A stretch of 64,000 nt of DNA from assembly GCF_009914755.1 (NCBI RefSeq), contig NC_060947.1; one strand, given 5' to 3'. Positions 1 through 17,684 of the stretch are shown piece by piece (the stretch's first letter is position 1; each line of letters starts with the position of its first letter). The notes under the pieces are model-generated. The model was not told the DNA's origin and did no database searches. It was given only the letters and a program-made list of their open reading frames with translations. Origin of the DNA: the human T2T-CHM13v2.0 reference genome, Homo sapiens. The position numbers and the translations under genes were made by a program.

Positions 1-150
1 TTTCTCTCATGTCTTTTCTTCCTCTCTCTCACGTCTCTCCTCTCTCTGCCTCTCTCACGTCTCTCCTCCCTCTCTGACAAGTCTTTCTTCTCGCTTTCTC
101 TCTCCTGTCTCTAACATGTCTCTCCTGCCTCTCTCTCTCTCTCCCAGCCT
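1..150. repeat. CT-rich low-complexity tract
   Basis: Degenerate (CT)n/(TCTC) pyrimidine tract. Confidence 0.85.
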
Positions 151-1094
151 CAATTTCCCCACTGCTTGAGGATTCCATCTGGCCAAGGTAGAGGAGGACT
201 CCAGACAAGGAACCATCGGAAATAGGAGAGGGGTCTCTGGGGCACATAAATCATTCCGCAGCTCAGAGGCCTGGAGCTCCCAAACCCGGAAAGTAATTCC
301 CAGAGCTCAGAATAACTTGGCAAGCTACTCCCAAGTCAGAGCGAGACTTGGGGCAAAGCTTCTGGGTCGCTGTTCTCCATGTTACTCTGGGTGTAACCTT
401 GATCCCTCTGCCGAGGTAAACAACGGGGTCTGAATTATTTGGTTTGGAAACGAAAGAGGCCCTCGGGAGGTAAAGCGCCGCAGTAATAAATGAGGAGCAG
501 AGACAGCTGTGCAGAGCAGGCCCGCTTCCCCTCCATCAGCACAAACCCGGGGCATCTCTAAAAGCTAAAAGGCATCACTCTTCTCTCCCGATAGCAGGGA
601 CCAGAGTTGCAGAAGCCACAAATCACTAAGCAAAGTGCAGAAGAATGTTCGCCATTTCTTGGAATGGAAATAATAATAAATAATAATAATCTGTTCCGTG
701 TATTTAGCCAAGACATGTTCTCCAAGGAGCTTTGCACTCAAATTTATCGTTGAGTCCCCAGGTTCTGGATATTTTTTAATTAAAACTTTTATTGGGGGAA
801 ACATACAAATAAAGAGGCAACAAATGACTCCCAGAAGTGAGTTATGTGGAGGGTCACCGTCTTACATTTCTTTAGCATTTGTCTTTTTATTCTTTTGCCG
901 TCTGGATGGTTGCAGCCTGATCAGTCCTGCTATGTTGCCTATTCATCGCATAAAAAATTAACCATAAGTACCTGTACTGGATGCCCTGAAAGAGAGAGAA
1001 AAGGCGTGAAAATACATTGAGCATCTCCTAAGTGCCAGGCACATCTGATACACATTATATTCTTAATTCTCATTACAACCCCGGGAGCTACCAT

Positions 1095-1290
1095 TTAAGT
1101 GATTACTGTGTGCCTGCTAAGTGCTTTCAATGCATTACCTCATTAAATCCTCACAAAGTCCTCTGATGTGAGTTCTTTTAGTGGCCCCATGTTTCAGATG
1201 AGGACATTGAGGCTTAGAGAAGCTAAGAAACATGAGAAAACTCTCACAGGTGGAAGCAGGCTAGAACCTGGGTCTGCCTGGCTCCGGGAC
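1095..1290 (-). mobile_element. MIR SINE
   Basis: cattaaatcctcac...ccccatgtttcagatgaggacattgaggc resembles reverse MIR core. Confidence 0.8.
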
Positions 1291-1349
1291 CCTAGTTTGC
1301 CCTGTGAAGGAGGGGAGGGGAGAGATAGGAGAGGACAGAGTATGGCCGT

Positions 1350-1660
1350 GTGCATCACGCTCTCCCAGAAGTGGTGCTGAGTCAAGGGTTTGGGGGCAGG
1401 TGAGTTAGTAAGGAAGCACTCCCAGGAGGAACCAGTAAGGGATTGGCGAGTAGAACAGAAAAATGGAGAAAGGCAAGCAAGGGTGCCAACTCAAAGTCCC
1501 ACCCCCATCCTCATCTGGCAGGGGGCCTCTGGAGGGTAAATTTCATCCCAGAGTTTGTCCTGCCTCCAGGCAATGGAGCCGGGTTTTTAACTCCACATCA
1601 GTCACTGGCTATGGGTACCCTGGGGTGGGGTGCAGGGGTGGGAAGGGGGATAGCAAATTC
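1350..1660 (-). mobile_element. Old ERVL-type solo LTR (LTR16/LTR33-like), partial
   Basis: cccagaag..ctgagtcaagggtttggggg...cccaggagg motif shared with other copies in the window. Confidence 0.55.
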
Positions 1661-2154
1661 CTAGACACCTCCAGCTCTCCATACCTTCGAGGAGGTTGCA
1701 GCTATTGGCAGCAGAGCCCCCTGATGTTGGGAATGGGCCCACAGACCTGGTACAAGGAATCCAGCAATATGTGCAACACTTGGCGACCTCACCAACAAAG
1801 ATCCACCTGCATAGCCGAGATATGGATAAGGCTCCCATTCTTCAGCATGTGACCCTCCTCTTACCCCATATTTACGGTGGATTGAAAAACCCTGGGACTG
1901 GGCCATTCTGTTCTGGACATAACTGTCAATAGCCTGCCCCTAACGACTGGAGCCCGAGATACAGACCAACCTGGCCAGGGCTGAGGGAATGAAGCATGGG
2001 CTCTTGACCCAATTTAGCCAACAACCAAGCAGATGGTCTCACTAAGAACTGTGCCTCAGAGGTGGGGCAGGTCCTGCCAGGTCCTCTAGACTCGCAGCCA
2101 CCGCTTAGCTGACAGCATGTGCAAGCAAAGGCAGCCAGGAGCCTGGGGGCAGAG

Positions 2155-2155
<1 letters not shown>

Positions 2156-2213
<58 letters not shown>

Positions 2214-2251
2214 CCTACACTCATAATCCAAGCTCTCTTCCTCTCTCTCTG

Positions 2252-2288
<37 letters not shown>
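2156..2288. repeat. Compound microsatellite (CA)27 ... (CT)~12(CA)12
   Basis: Directly visible. Confidence 0.97.
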
Positions 2289-2289
<1 letters not shown>

Positions 2290-2439
2290 CTCCCAGCTAG
2301 CCTGCCAAAGAACAGAAAAAAAAAACAAATCAAGATACACATTATGTGTTCCATATTTCTACATGTTGATAGGTGTCAGTAGCCGTCAGTGGAATCAATC
2401 TTCTATGGTGGGGCACTAAGGAGGTTTCTGCTGCTCTGC

Positions 2440-3425
2440 TGTTGCAAGCAAATAATGTCAAGTGAAAAAAAAAGTGCAAATTACAAAAGACCATGAACAG
2501 GATGCTACCTTTGTAAAATCTAAAAGCATAGTGTATATGGTTTCTGGATTCATACAGATGTAGTCCAAGTCTAAACCGAGCAGAGGATGATACACCAGCC
2601 ATGGGATGATACTGATCTAAAAAAGGGATACTGATCTAGAAGAAGGGAAGAGGAGATGGAGTTTTAGCTATATTTGAAATTTTATATTTTTTTAATATGT
2701 GAAAGAGCAAAATATGGCAAAATGTGAACACTTGTCTAATCTCCATGGTAGGTTCATGGGTATTTTGTACTACTGCTGGTACATAATTTTCTATCTTCAT
2801 AATGCTTCTTAATCCTAAATAATGTTTTCATGATTTTTAAATTTTCAACTAAAACTGAATGTTGGTATACCCTATGACCCCACCACTCTACTCCTAAATA
2901 TGTACTAAGTGGGATGTGTTCACGAGCTTACCAAAAGACTCACACAAAAAATGTTCAGCCCAGGGCTATTTGTAATGGTCCCCCCCCCAGATATCTGCAA
3001 ATCACCCCAGTGCCCATCAACAGTGGAATGGGTAAATAAATCATGGTGTGTACATGCGAGAGAATCCTATACCGACATGAGACTGATCCAATTACAATGC
3101 TCAGCAACAGGAATGGACCTCGCACACATTATGCTGAGCAAAAGAATCAGACATGAAAGAGCTCATAGTGTATGGCTCCATTTAGATGTACTTTGAGAAC
3201 AGGAAACTTTTCCAATACTCTGTTGTAGAAGTCAGGATCGTGCTTACCCCCGAGGCAGGTAGGGACTAGAAAGGGGAACAAGGGGTCTCTGAGGTGCTGG
3301 TCACAGTCTCTTTCTCCATCCAGGTGTCATTACGTGGGCATGCTCAGTTTGTGACAATTCATCAAATGGGTATGTATGTTATATACACTTTTCATTGTAT
3401 GTTGTATTTGAATAAAATCTACATT
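2440..3425 (+). mobile_element. Old L1M (L1ME-like) 3' end fragments
   Basis: ccctatgaccc, tgcccatcaacagtggaatgggtaaataaa, agaagtcaggat, ending at aataaa; ORF 2909-3196 resembles degenerate ORF2 C-terminus. Confidence 0.75.
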
Positions 3426-6367
3426 AACTTTTTTTTCAAAAGTAAAAGTTAAGGCAACATAATGCTCTCTGACCGGACTATCACATGAAGGCCATTGTCC
3501 ACCATTAATTTCTCAGCTCGGATTAATCTATTGATCACCACTATTGTAACATACTCAATATCGGACGTGAAATTATCGACCTGGAATAGCCTCTAAGTTG
3601 CCGCAGTAATGGGGGTTGGTGGGTGAGAGGTTCTGTTAATGGTATTTCACGGGAAGTATATTGCATCTCTTCATCCCTCCAATGGAATGTCCATTTTTAG
3701 CCCTGACCCCATCAGAAAAGAATTCATCCTGCCCCCAAAGGAAACTAAAGCACCCCTCCCTACACTGGACCGGCCACAGTTGGGAATCAAGTGCCCAAGT
3801 TACAGGAGGCACTGCTGGAACAGCTAAAGGAAAAAGCCACCCTGCCAAGTCTTTGAGAAAACAGACTTCCTCAGACATCAACCACTGACAAAAGCCTGGG
3901 TCTACTGGGACCTTTGAGCAGGTGCCTAAGCAAGAGAACAAGCCAAGGGCATGCAGCCCCAAGAGATGAAAAGGGCACATATATAGTGCACGTGCCTCCC
4001 ATCTCCCTGCCAAGCACCTGGCAGACATCACGAATCAAGAAGGCCCTTGTACCTATGAGTCAGGGCCTCACAGCCCTTCTCCACACCCTTCTGGGAAGCC
4101 TGGAAGAAGAAGGTCTAGCAGAGAGGAGAGACTCTTCCCGGGGTTACATGGGCTAAGCAAGTAGTTGGGGGTCTTATTGTGTGATGAAGAGCAGTTAGAC
4201 TTAGCACAGCACACTGTGGATTACTCTGGGTTCAATGTATATATTTATTCTTCTTTTAATTGAATAGTAAACATATATGATTTTTATTTCAGAAGGCAGA
4301 CTGTTGTCTTTCTGTGGTCCTATGGTACTCTTTTGAACTATTGTTACAGTTACATAGTGGGCAGTGGGACCTACATCAGCAACCAGGTGCATGCACCCTT
4401 ACCCCATAATAGGGACAAGTGGGAAGAGGAAGAAGCTGGGAACTTCTGTTTGATAATTGTGCACAAGCTAGACCACAGCAGGATGCTGAGGCCAACTGAC
4501 TCCTTAAAGGTAAAAAATAATGACTTTCTGTGCGGAGAACATTCCTGAAGGAACGGGTTACCAAAGGACAGGGCTGCCATATTGCACATGGAGACACCAT
4601 TCCCATTGCATGTTTTGAGATTTGCTTTATCTGGAGCTGTGGACATGGCAGCTCTGCCCACAAGTGACTGTGGGAAAGGTTGCCCACAGCTTGCTCCCTG
4701 GGGGACAGCAGAGGACCCTGGGAAGAGCCATCAGTCTGCTGGCCAGGATCAATCTGCCCAGCAATGAATGAAACAGAGCTGTATCTCCCATTCCACTGTT
4801 GTTGCCTGTGTGTCCAGCTCCCCAGACAGGGGAGAAATCAGGCCCCCAGGTCTCTTCTGCAACCCCAACAGATTCTGAGGCTTGGCTGCAGGCAGATTGG
4901 GGAGTTGCTGAAGATCCTGCAGACAGCCATCTATTATCACCTCCCTACCCTGGGAGGATTGACAGCCACACGCAGCCACAACGTGTCTCCCAGGCCAGTT
5001 GCTGATGTACCCCGTGGCTCAGATCCAACCATCAAAATGGCTTTTTTCCCCATGGCTGAGGTGGCAGACAGAGCCTTCCTCTCCTAGGGGAGGGTGAAAT
5101 GGTGACTAGGTCGCTGTTAACCCCGCATTTAACCCAACTGCGCTCTTGGCATGTCAAGCCCCATCTCTATTCATCGCAGTGCTGCCTGCTCCCTGAGGTG
5201 ACTGCGGTATGCCAGCTCATCTGCCTCCACTTAGCCCTCCATTCCTCACTCAGCTCCTTGGGGACACCCCTTTACTCCCCCTCATCCCCACCCTCCTGCT
5301 GCAGCCCAGAACTGGACCGGAAAAAACTTCTAAGGACTTTGCAAATTTGCATTCCATTTCATTCTCTGATTTTAGATCCAGATCCTTCAGCCATTTGTTC
5401 TGAGATTATAAAATGAATCCCAAGCCTCGGACCCTCTCTCCAGACTGAATGTCCCAAAAGTGAGCAGATTGCTGATGCAAAAGGGGGCAGAGGGGTAATT
5501 GTCCCCAGAAGCAGAGCACCAGGCATTTTCTGCCCTTGAGGCAGTATCACACTCCTCAAAACTGAATATCCTTCTTAAAGTCGCATTTGGCCTTTCACTA
5601 GGAAGGGTGCAACTAAGAAGAGGTGATAAGTGAGGTCAAGTCATGATCTGGGCAAGGGGCCACACATGGAACTGGCTCCCAAAAAGCCTTTAGCATCATA
5701 CCAGTACATTTGGGCTTTGATTTGTTTCTAATTGGGAGCCCTTGAAACTTCCTGAAGAAGGGAGTATATAAGCAGAGTGATATTTTGGGAAGGTATGCAA
5801 GAGAAAAGCTTGGAGATAGAGAGCTGGTTAGAAGTTCTGTAATAGCTCAGAAGAGATAGAAGGACCTACTCACAGCAAAAATCCAGAAAGTTCCAAGAGG
5901 TAGGGGCAAGACATAAGGTTCAGCATGCAAAGAAGCCAAGGCATGAAGATTTGGTAAGATGGCCAAATAGGAACAGCTCTGATCTGCAGCTCCCAGCGAG
6001 ATCAACACAGAAGGCAGGTGATTTCTGCACTTCCAACTGAGGTACCCAGCTCATCTCACTGGGACTGGTTAGACAGTGGGTACAGCCCACATAGGGTGAG
6101 CCAAAGCAGGGTGGGCCATCGCCTCACCGGGGAAGGGCAAGGGGTCGGGGAACTCCCTCCCCTAGCCAATGGAAGCCCTGAGGGACTGTGCCGTGAGGGA
6201 CAGTGCATTCCAGCCCAGATACTTTGTTTCTCCCACAGTCTTCACAATCAGCAGACCAGGAGATTCCCTCAGGTGCCTACACCACCAGGGCCCTTGGTTT
6301 CAAGCACAAAACTGGGTGGCTGTTTGGGCAGACACAGAGCTAGCTACAGGAGTTTTTTTTTTTTTTT

Positions 6368-6583
6368 TCATACCCCAGTGGTGCCTGGAATGCCAGCAAG
6401 AGAGAATCGTTCACTCATCTGGAAAGGAGGCTGAAGCCGGGAAGCTAAGTGGTCTAGCTCAGCGGATCCCGACCCCACGGAGTCCAGCAAGCTAAGATCA
6501 ACTGGATGGTAGTTCTCGCCACCAGCACAGTCTGAAGTCGACCTGGGACACACAAGCTTGGTGAGGGGAGGGGCGTCCGCCAT
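6368..6583 (-). CDS. L1 ORF0-homologous antisense ORF, 71 aa, open; expression unknown
   Basis: MADAPP...SDC...DSVG resembles the N-terminus of L1HS ORF0 (MAGAPP...SDC...DSVG); ATG in GTAATGG context within the L1 5'UTR. Confidence 0.45.
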   Translation of the reverse strand: MADAPPLTKLVCPRSTSDCAGGENYHPVDLSLLDSVGSGSAELDHLASRLQPPFQMSERFSLAGIPGTTGV

Positions 6584-7291
6584 TACTGAGGCTTGAGTCG
6601 GCAGTTTTCCCCTCACAGTGTAAACAAAGCTACTGGGATGTTCTAACAGAGTGGAGCGCGCTGCAGCTCAGCAAAGCCAATGTAGCCAGATTATCTCTCT
6701 AGATTCCTCCTCTCTGGGCAGGGCATCTCTGAAAGAAAGGCAGCAGTCCCAGTCAGGGGCTTATAGATAAAACTCCCATCTTCCTGGGACAGAACACCTT
6801 GGGGAAGAGACAGCTGTGGGCGCAGCTTCAGCAGACTTAAACGTTCCTGCCTTCCAGGTCTGAAGAGAGCAGTGGATCTCCCAGCACAGTGCTCGAGCTC
6901 TGCTAAGGGACAGACTGCCTCCTAAAGTGGGTCCCTGAACCCCATGCCTCCTAACTGGGAGAAACCTCCAAGCAGGGGTCAACAGACACCTCATACATGA
7001 GAGCTCCGGCTGGCATCTGGCAGGTGCTCCTCTGGGATGAAGCTTCCAGAGGAAGGAAAAGGCAGCAATCTTTGCAGTTCTGTAGCCTCCGCTGGTAACA
7101 CCCAGGCAAACAGGGTCTGGAGTGAACCTCCAGCAAACTCCAGAAGACCTGCAGCAGAGGGGCCTGACTGTTAAAAGGAAAACTAACAAACAGAAAGGAA
7201 TAGCATCAACACCAACAAAAAGGATGTCCACACAGAAACTTCATCCAAAGGTCACCAACATCAAAGACCAAAGGTAGATAAATCCATGAAG

Positions 7292-8553
<1,262 letters not shown>

Positions 8554-8616
8554 AGACTGTAGACACTATGAAGAAACTGCATCAACTAACAGGTGAAACA
8601 ACCAGCTAGCATCATA

Positions 8617-12456
<3,840 letters not shown>

Positions 12457-12680
12457 ACAAAGAGAATACATGGACACAGGGAGGGGAACATCACACACTG
12501 GGGCCTGTTGGGGGTTGGGGGGCTGGGGGAGGGATAGCATTAGGAGAAATACCTAATGTAAATGACAAGTTGATGGGTGCAGCAAACCAACATGGCACAT
12601 GTATACCTATGTAACAAACCTGCACGTTGTGCACATGTACCCTAGAACTTTAAGTATAATAATTTTAAAAAAGAAAAAGA

Positions 12681-13811
12681 AAAGACTTAAATGTAAGACC
12701 TAAAACCATAAAAACCCTAGAAGAAAATCTAGGCAAAATCATTCAGGACATAGGCATGGGCAAAGACTTCATGACTAAAACACCAAAAGCAATGGCAACA
12801 AAAGCCAAAATTGACAAATGAAATCAAATTAAACTAAAGAGCTTCTGCACAGCAAAAGAAACTATCATCAGAGTGAACAGGCAACCTACAGAATGGGAGA
12901 AAATTTTTGCAATCTATCCATCTGACAAAGGGCTAATATCCAGAATCTACAAGGAACTTAAACAAATTTACAAGAAAAAAAATGACTTTTTGAAAAGTGG
13001 GCAAAGGATATGAACAGACACTTCTCAAAAGAAGACATTTATGCAGCCAACAAATATATGAAAGAAAAGCTCATCATCTTTGGTCATTAGAGAAATGCAA
13101 ATCAAAACCACAATGAGATACCATCTCACACCAGTTAGAATGGCAATCATTAAAAAGTCAGGAAACAATAGATGCTGGAGATGATATAGAGAAATAGAAA
13201 CGCTTTTACACTGTTCATGGGAGTGTAAATTAGTTCAACCATTGTGGAAGACAGTGTGGTGATTCCTCAAGGATCTAGACCCAGAAATACCATTTGAGCC
13301 AGCAATCCCATTACTGGGTATATACCCAAAGGATTATAAATCATTCTATGCTAAAGACACACGCACACGTATGTTCATTGCAGCACTGTTCACAATAGCA
13401 AAGACTTGGAACCAACCCAAATGCCCATCAACGATAGACTGGATTAAGAAAACGTGGCACATATACACCATGGGATACTATGCAGCCATAAAAAAAGATT
13501 AGTTCATGTCCTTTGCCAGGACATAGATGAAGCTGGAAACCATCATTCTCAGCAAACTAACACAGGAACAGAAAATCAAACACTGCATGTTCTCACTCAT
13601 AAGTGGGAGTTGAACAATGACAACACATGGACATAGGGAGGGGAACATCACACACTGGGGCCTGTCGGGAAGTGGGGAGCTAGGGTAGGGATAGCATTAG
13701 GAGAAATACCTAATGTAGATGACTGGTTGATGGGTGCTGCAAACCACCATGGCATGTGTATACCTATGTAACAAACCTGCATGTTCTGCACACGTATCCC
13801 AGAACTTAAAG
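12681..13811 (+). mobile_element. Second L1 3' segment (ORF2 end plus 3'UTR), L1PA7-type
   Basis: Collinear with 11529-12660; 3'UTR aatgtagatgac..aaaccaccatggc..tatcccagaactt. Confidence 0.92.
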
Positions 13812-13887
<76 letters not shown>

Positions 13888-13914
13888 TATATATATGTCT
13901 CCATATATATATAT
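13812..13914. repeat. (AT)n(AC)n(AT)n compound microsatellite at L1 tail
   Basis: Directly visible. Confidence 0.97.
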
Positions 13915-14607
13915 AAAGAAGACGAAGAAGAAGCAGCCAAGGTGATGGTTTCCTCTTGAAGCCCACATGGACCAGAACCATAGATGTGCCAAAGGTGACA
14001 TAGCCTCAGGGAACATTGATCCCAGCCATCTTTTGTCACAGTGAGGAAACTGAGACCAGAGGTCCAGAAGAAGTGACTTTATTGAGTACCAGGCCAGGGC
14101 CAACCCCATTTGCTAAGGGCTTTATTGCCTCTCACTCCAAGTTCTCCCAATAACCCAATGTGCCATTTTTCTAGGATTATGTAAGTTGGCACAGAGAGGT
14201 TCAGGGATTTTCCCCAAGCCAGGGGCAGAAGCCAGTCTGCCTATTTAATCCATGCTGTTTCCTCCATGCTGTGCCACCTCTCCTGGAGAAAAGAGCCTGG
14301 TCCTCTAGAGACCAGCAGCAGCCTGAGAGAAATGGCCTTGGTTAGACCAAAGGGCAGGAGTGGGAGAGATGAGGCAATAGCACAGGGCTGCCAAAGATGG
14401 AGAACTTAAAGGGAGACCTCCACACCGGAATATTAGGTCGACTGCATGGAGCCCCTGCAAAGAGCCAAGGCGTGCTGACTCAAGCCTGCACTGAGTTGCC
14501 GAGAACCAGAAAGCTGGATTTACCTGTGAACCCTGTCGACAAGCACTCTCGTAAGAGCTGGACCACATTGGGAGAGGAAGAAAAACCAGAATAGGCTCTC
14601 CCCAGGT

Positions 14608-15070
14608 GTCTCAGGTCTGGTTCCCTAGAAGCAGGGCTGAACTCAGACAGAGATGCCTATGCCAGTGCTTTCTGGAGGGAGGGCTCATGTGAGAAACCTG
14701 AAGAGGAGTGAGGGAAGCAGGAGAGGGCAGGACAAACAGCCAGATGGAGACATGATGCTACTGAAGTTGAGGATGACCAGCTGACCAACTGTTCCAGTTT
14801 GCCCAGGACAAAGCATTTTCCTAAAACTGACAGTCCCAGGAAAACTGGAACAAGCCGATCACCGCTGATAATCACTACTTCTCCTTGAAGCAAAGTGTCC
14901 AGGCATTTGTGTCCCTGGCAGAGGCCATTGGCTATGTCTGCCCACCATCCTCCTGGGTGGGGTGTGCAACCTCCCAGATATCTCTGAGTAAAGTGAATCC
15001 CGTTGACCAAAGGCAATTCCCCCGAGTAGGATGCAAGCTGCAAGCTGATGCTAGCCAACACCCAGTCTGG
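14608..15070 (-). mobile_element. Old ERVL-type LTR (LTR16/LTR33-like), interrupted
   Basis: tgtctcaggtctggttccctagaagcagggctga terminus. Confidence 0.55.
14770..14865. mobile_element. MER94-like hAT (Blackjack) MITE
   Basis: tgaccaactgttccagtttgcccaggac...gtcccaggaaaactggaacaagccgatcacc with inverted ends. Confidence 0.65.
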
Positions 15071-15704
15071 CAGACAGACGGGTGCATCGGCCAGATAAAG
15101 AGGATCTGGGCGAGGCATCAACACTGTCTGCTGCATGAAGAATGTAGTCTCTGAAGAACAACCTCCTCCCACTGCCTGCACCCTATGAGCTCGCATCCTG
15201 CCCCCTCCTCTACCTTAAGAGGCAGCAGAGTGACTCCAACCCTTATTGACAGACAGGCGTGTGCCAGAAGGATTCTGTTGGGGGCTGTTTGCGAGTAAAT
15301 TGTCTCAGTCTTTTGCCTCGCACAGGTGCTGATGTCATCATTCAAGGCTTTCACCAGTGCCTCTTCGATGCAAATGAGTGAACGGCTCCAGGTTAAATTT
15401 GTGGTTCTGTTAACCATCAACAGCACAGAGCATAATAACTCATATTTATACACTCTAACCACATTCTACATTTAACTGAGCTTTGATAAAAATGAGAAAA
15501 TGTTCAGCCATCCATAACCACCAATCATCTGTCATTACTTTTTTTCAGAATGCAAGGGCTGCTTGAGACTCCTTAGTAGTGTATCAACTTCGAAGAAAGT
15601 TATTAGTTAACGCTTTTAAAAGTAAAGTTTTTCTGGAATGCAACACATTCCTAAGGGTATGAAATGCAACACATTCCTAAGGGTTATATTAGGTTTCTTC
15701 AGGA

Positions 15705-15960
15705 GTTTGCTCAGCAAGCATTTATTGAGCACCTAGTATGCACCAGTTGGCTCTGTGCTGGGTACCAGGGGTAGAAGATGAATAGCATAAGTTCCTACCC
15801 TCAGATCACAATCCAGTGGGAAAGCCAGATATGGAAAAAAGACAAATTCCAATGAAAATGCTAGGGAATTGTAGAAGCACTATATGGCAAGGGGGACTTG
15901 CAGCTTTCCCTGAGAGTCTGATCTTTAAAGATGAAGAGTTTGTCAGATTGAAACAGAAAC
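15705..15960 (-). mobile_element. L2 3' fragment
   Basis: caagcatttattgagcacctagtatgc. Confidence 0.65.
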
Positions 15961-16019
15961 TTCTTCTCCAATATCTGTTCTCTCTTTTTTCTGATTTTTG
16001 GTCAAACTAAAGGACATCC

Positions 16020-16411
16020 AGAATAAAATGACATTTCCTAGACTCCTAAGCAGCTAGACATAGCCATATGACTAAGTTTTCTGGCTAATATGATTAAGTG
16101 ACTTCCAGGAAGTGTCCTTAAAGAGAAGAGCCAAGCCCTTTTTCATCTCTGACTCGTTCCTGCTGGTTGTCGAACTGCAGAGGTAATGGCTGGAGCTTGA
16201 GGAACCATTCTGGACCATGAGATAAGTTTATGTTCTGAAGATGGTGGAAAAACCACATGGAAGAAGCCTGGGTCCCTGATACTTTGTGAAATTGCCTGAA
16301 CAGCCTTGGGCTGTGTGACTCCAGCTTCATTTACGGAGAAATATACTTCTATTGTGTCTAAGCCAGTTATTTCGGATTTTCTGTCACTCACTGCCAAACT
16401 GAATCCTAACA
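16020..16411 (+). mobile_element. MLT1 (J-like) MaLR LTR
   Basis: catttcctagactcc..gcagctag..tgactaagtt; taagccagtt..tgaatcctaaca end. Confidence 0.7.
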
Positions 16412-16564
16412 GGCAAAGAAGTTAGGGCAGAGCAATTCCATTCCAAACTCTCAGGCTGTGGATGACTTTGGCTCTGCCTTTGGCTTATGTGGGTAATTTT
16501 TCTTTCCCCCTCCAATTTCCCATGAGCTCTTCTGCTTTTTCTCTTTCTTATTCCCTATAGTAGA

Positions 16565-16995
16565 TGTCAGGCTAAACTGACCCCAGAGCTCTTTTCAGGA
16601 ATAGAGGACTTGCCGCCCCAGCTGTTGAGGGTGGTGTCAGCAAATAGCCCTTAGCTGTCAGCCCCTTGGGGGCATCATATCTAAAGTCATTTTTCCTCCC
16701 AATGTAGCCCCCATTAATGACCAACTGATGCATGGGGTGGGGAAGAGGCTTGGCCATTTCAGCCCAACTCAAGGCCACTCTGAGGGGCCGTCCCCTAGTT
16801 CCAGAGCTCCCCATCAGGTCAACCATGGCTGTCGTTTGGGTTGCCTGGCAGCTCAACTTTGCCTTCTGCCCATTCCTGCTTCCTTTTGCCTTCCCCCAGG
16901 CTCAGTCCAAAGGGCCTGCCTTCATTTTATTGTGCTGCACTTTAAACTCCGTCTCAGAATCTGCCTTCCAGACTTCCTAGACCCAACCTGCAACA
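16565..16995 (+). mobile_element. Old ERVL-type LTR (LTR33/LTR16-like)
   Basis: gcccttagctgtcagcc; aaactccgtctcagaatctgccttcc..acccaacctgcaaca end. Confidence 0.6.
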
Positions 16996-17402
16996 ATCCC
17001 TGGTTTCTTGGGTCCTAGACTCTGTCTCAATTGTTCAGCCTCTACTTTCTCTCTCATCTCTTAATAGCAATTTACAGCCGGTGACGTCAACACCTAACAC
17101 CTAACAATTAGCACCTAATGCAATTAGCACTTAATATGAGCTTTCTGTGGCGCTAATAGAAGCCTCTCAGCTGAGCCCTAAGCCAGGGTTCCTTCTGGCC
17201 TTCTCCAAGTGGCCCACAGGGAGGCAACATGGGGAAACTGAGCCCTGAGTAGAAATCGGGAAACCCAGATTCCTTACCCACCTTTGTCTCCAGCATGTTG
17301 TGTGACCTCAGGCCAGCCACCCAACTTCTCTGTGCTTCAAATGCTTGAACTGGGAAGCAAAAACCATAATTTGGATTTTAGAGGACATTTTTGTAGCTAA
17401 AC

Positions 17403-17622
17403 CAGGGGTTGGAAAACTGTAGGCTCTTGGGCCAAATCTGGCCTATCACTTGTTTTTGAGAATAAAGTTTTACTGAAACACAGTCACTTCCATTTGTTTA
17501 CATATTGAATAGGGCTGTTTTTGTGCTACAGCAGCAGAGTTGAATAGTTGTGACAGACACTGGCTTTCAAAGCCTACAACATTTACTAACTGGCCCTTCG
17601 CAGAAAAAGTTTGCTGACCCTG
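17403..17622 (+). mobile_element. MER58A hAT-Charlie MITE
   Basis: Terminal inverted repeats caggggttggaaaac / gtttgctgaccctg; degenerate 8-bp TSD agctaaac/gtctaaac. Confidence 0.9.
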
Positions 17623-17684
17623 GTCTAAACAAATTAAGGGGCTATGATATCTCTTGCCTCAAAAGTTAGGACCACAGTCTTTCC

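Noticed and set aside
2608-2638. 12-bp direct repeat GATACTGATCTA
   Set aside because: Small slippage duplication within a decayed L1M; no sign of function.
6761-7231. 156-aa antisense ORF
   Set aside because: Lies wholly in L1 5'UTR sequence; generic repeat-derived frame with no other support.
13648-14109. ORFs rich in YI/CV/HT repeats (also 1926-2419 and 50431-50730)
   Set aside because: Artefacts of dinucleotide microsatellites.
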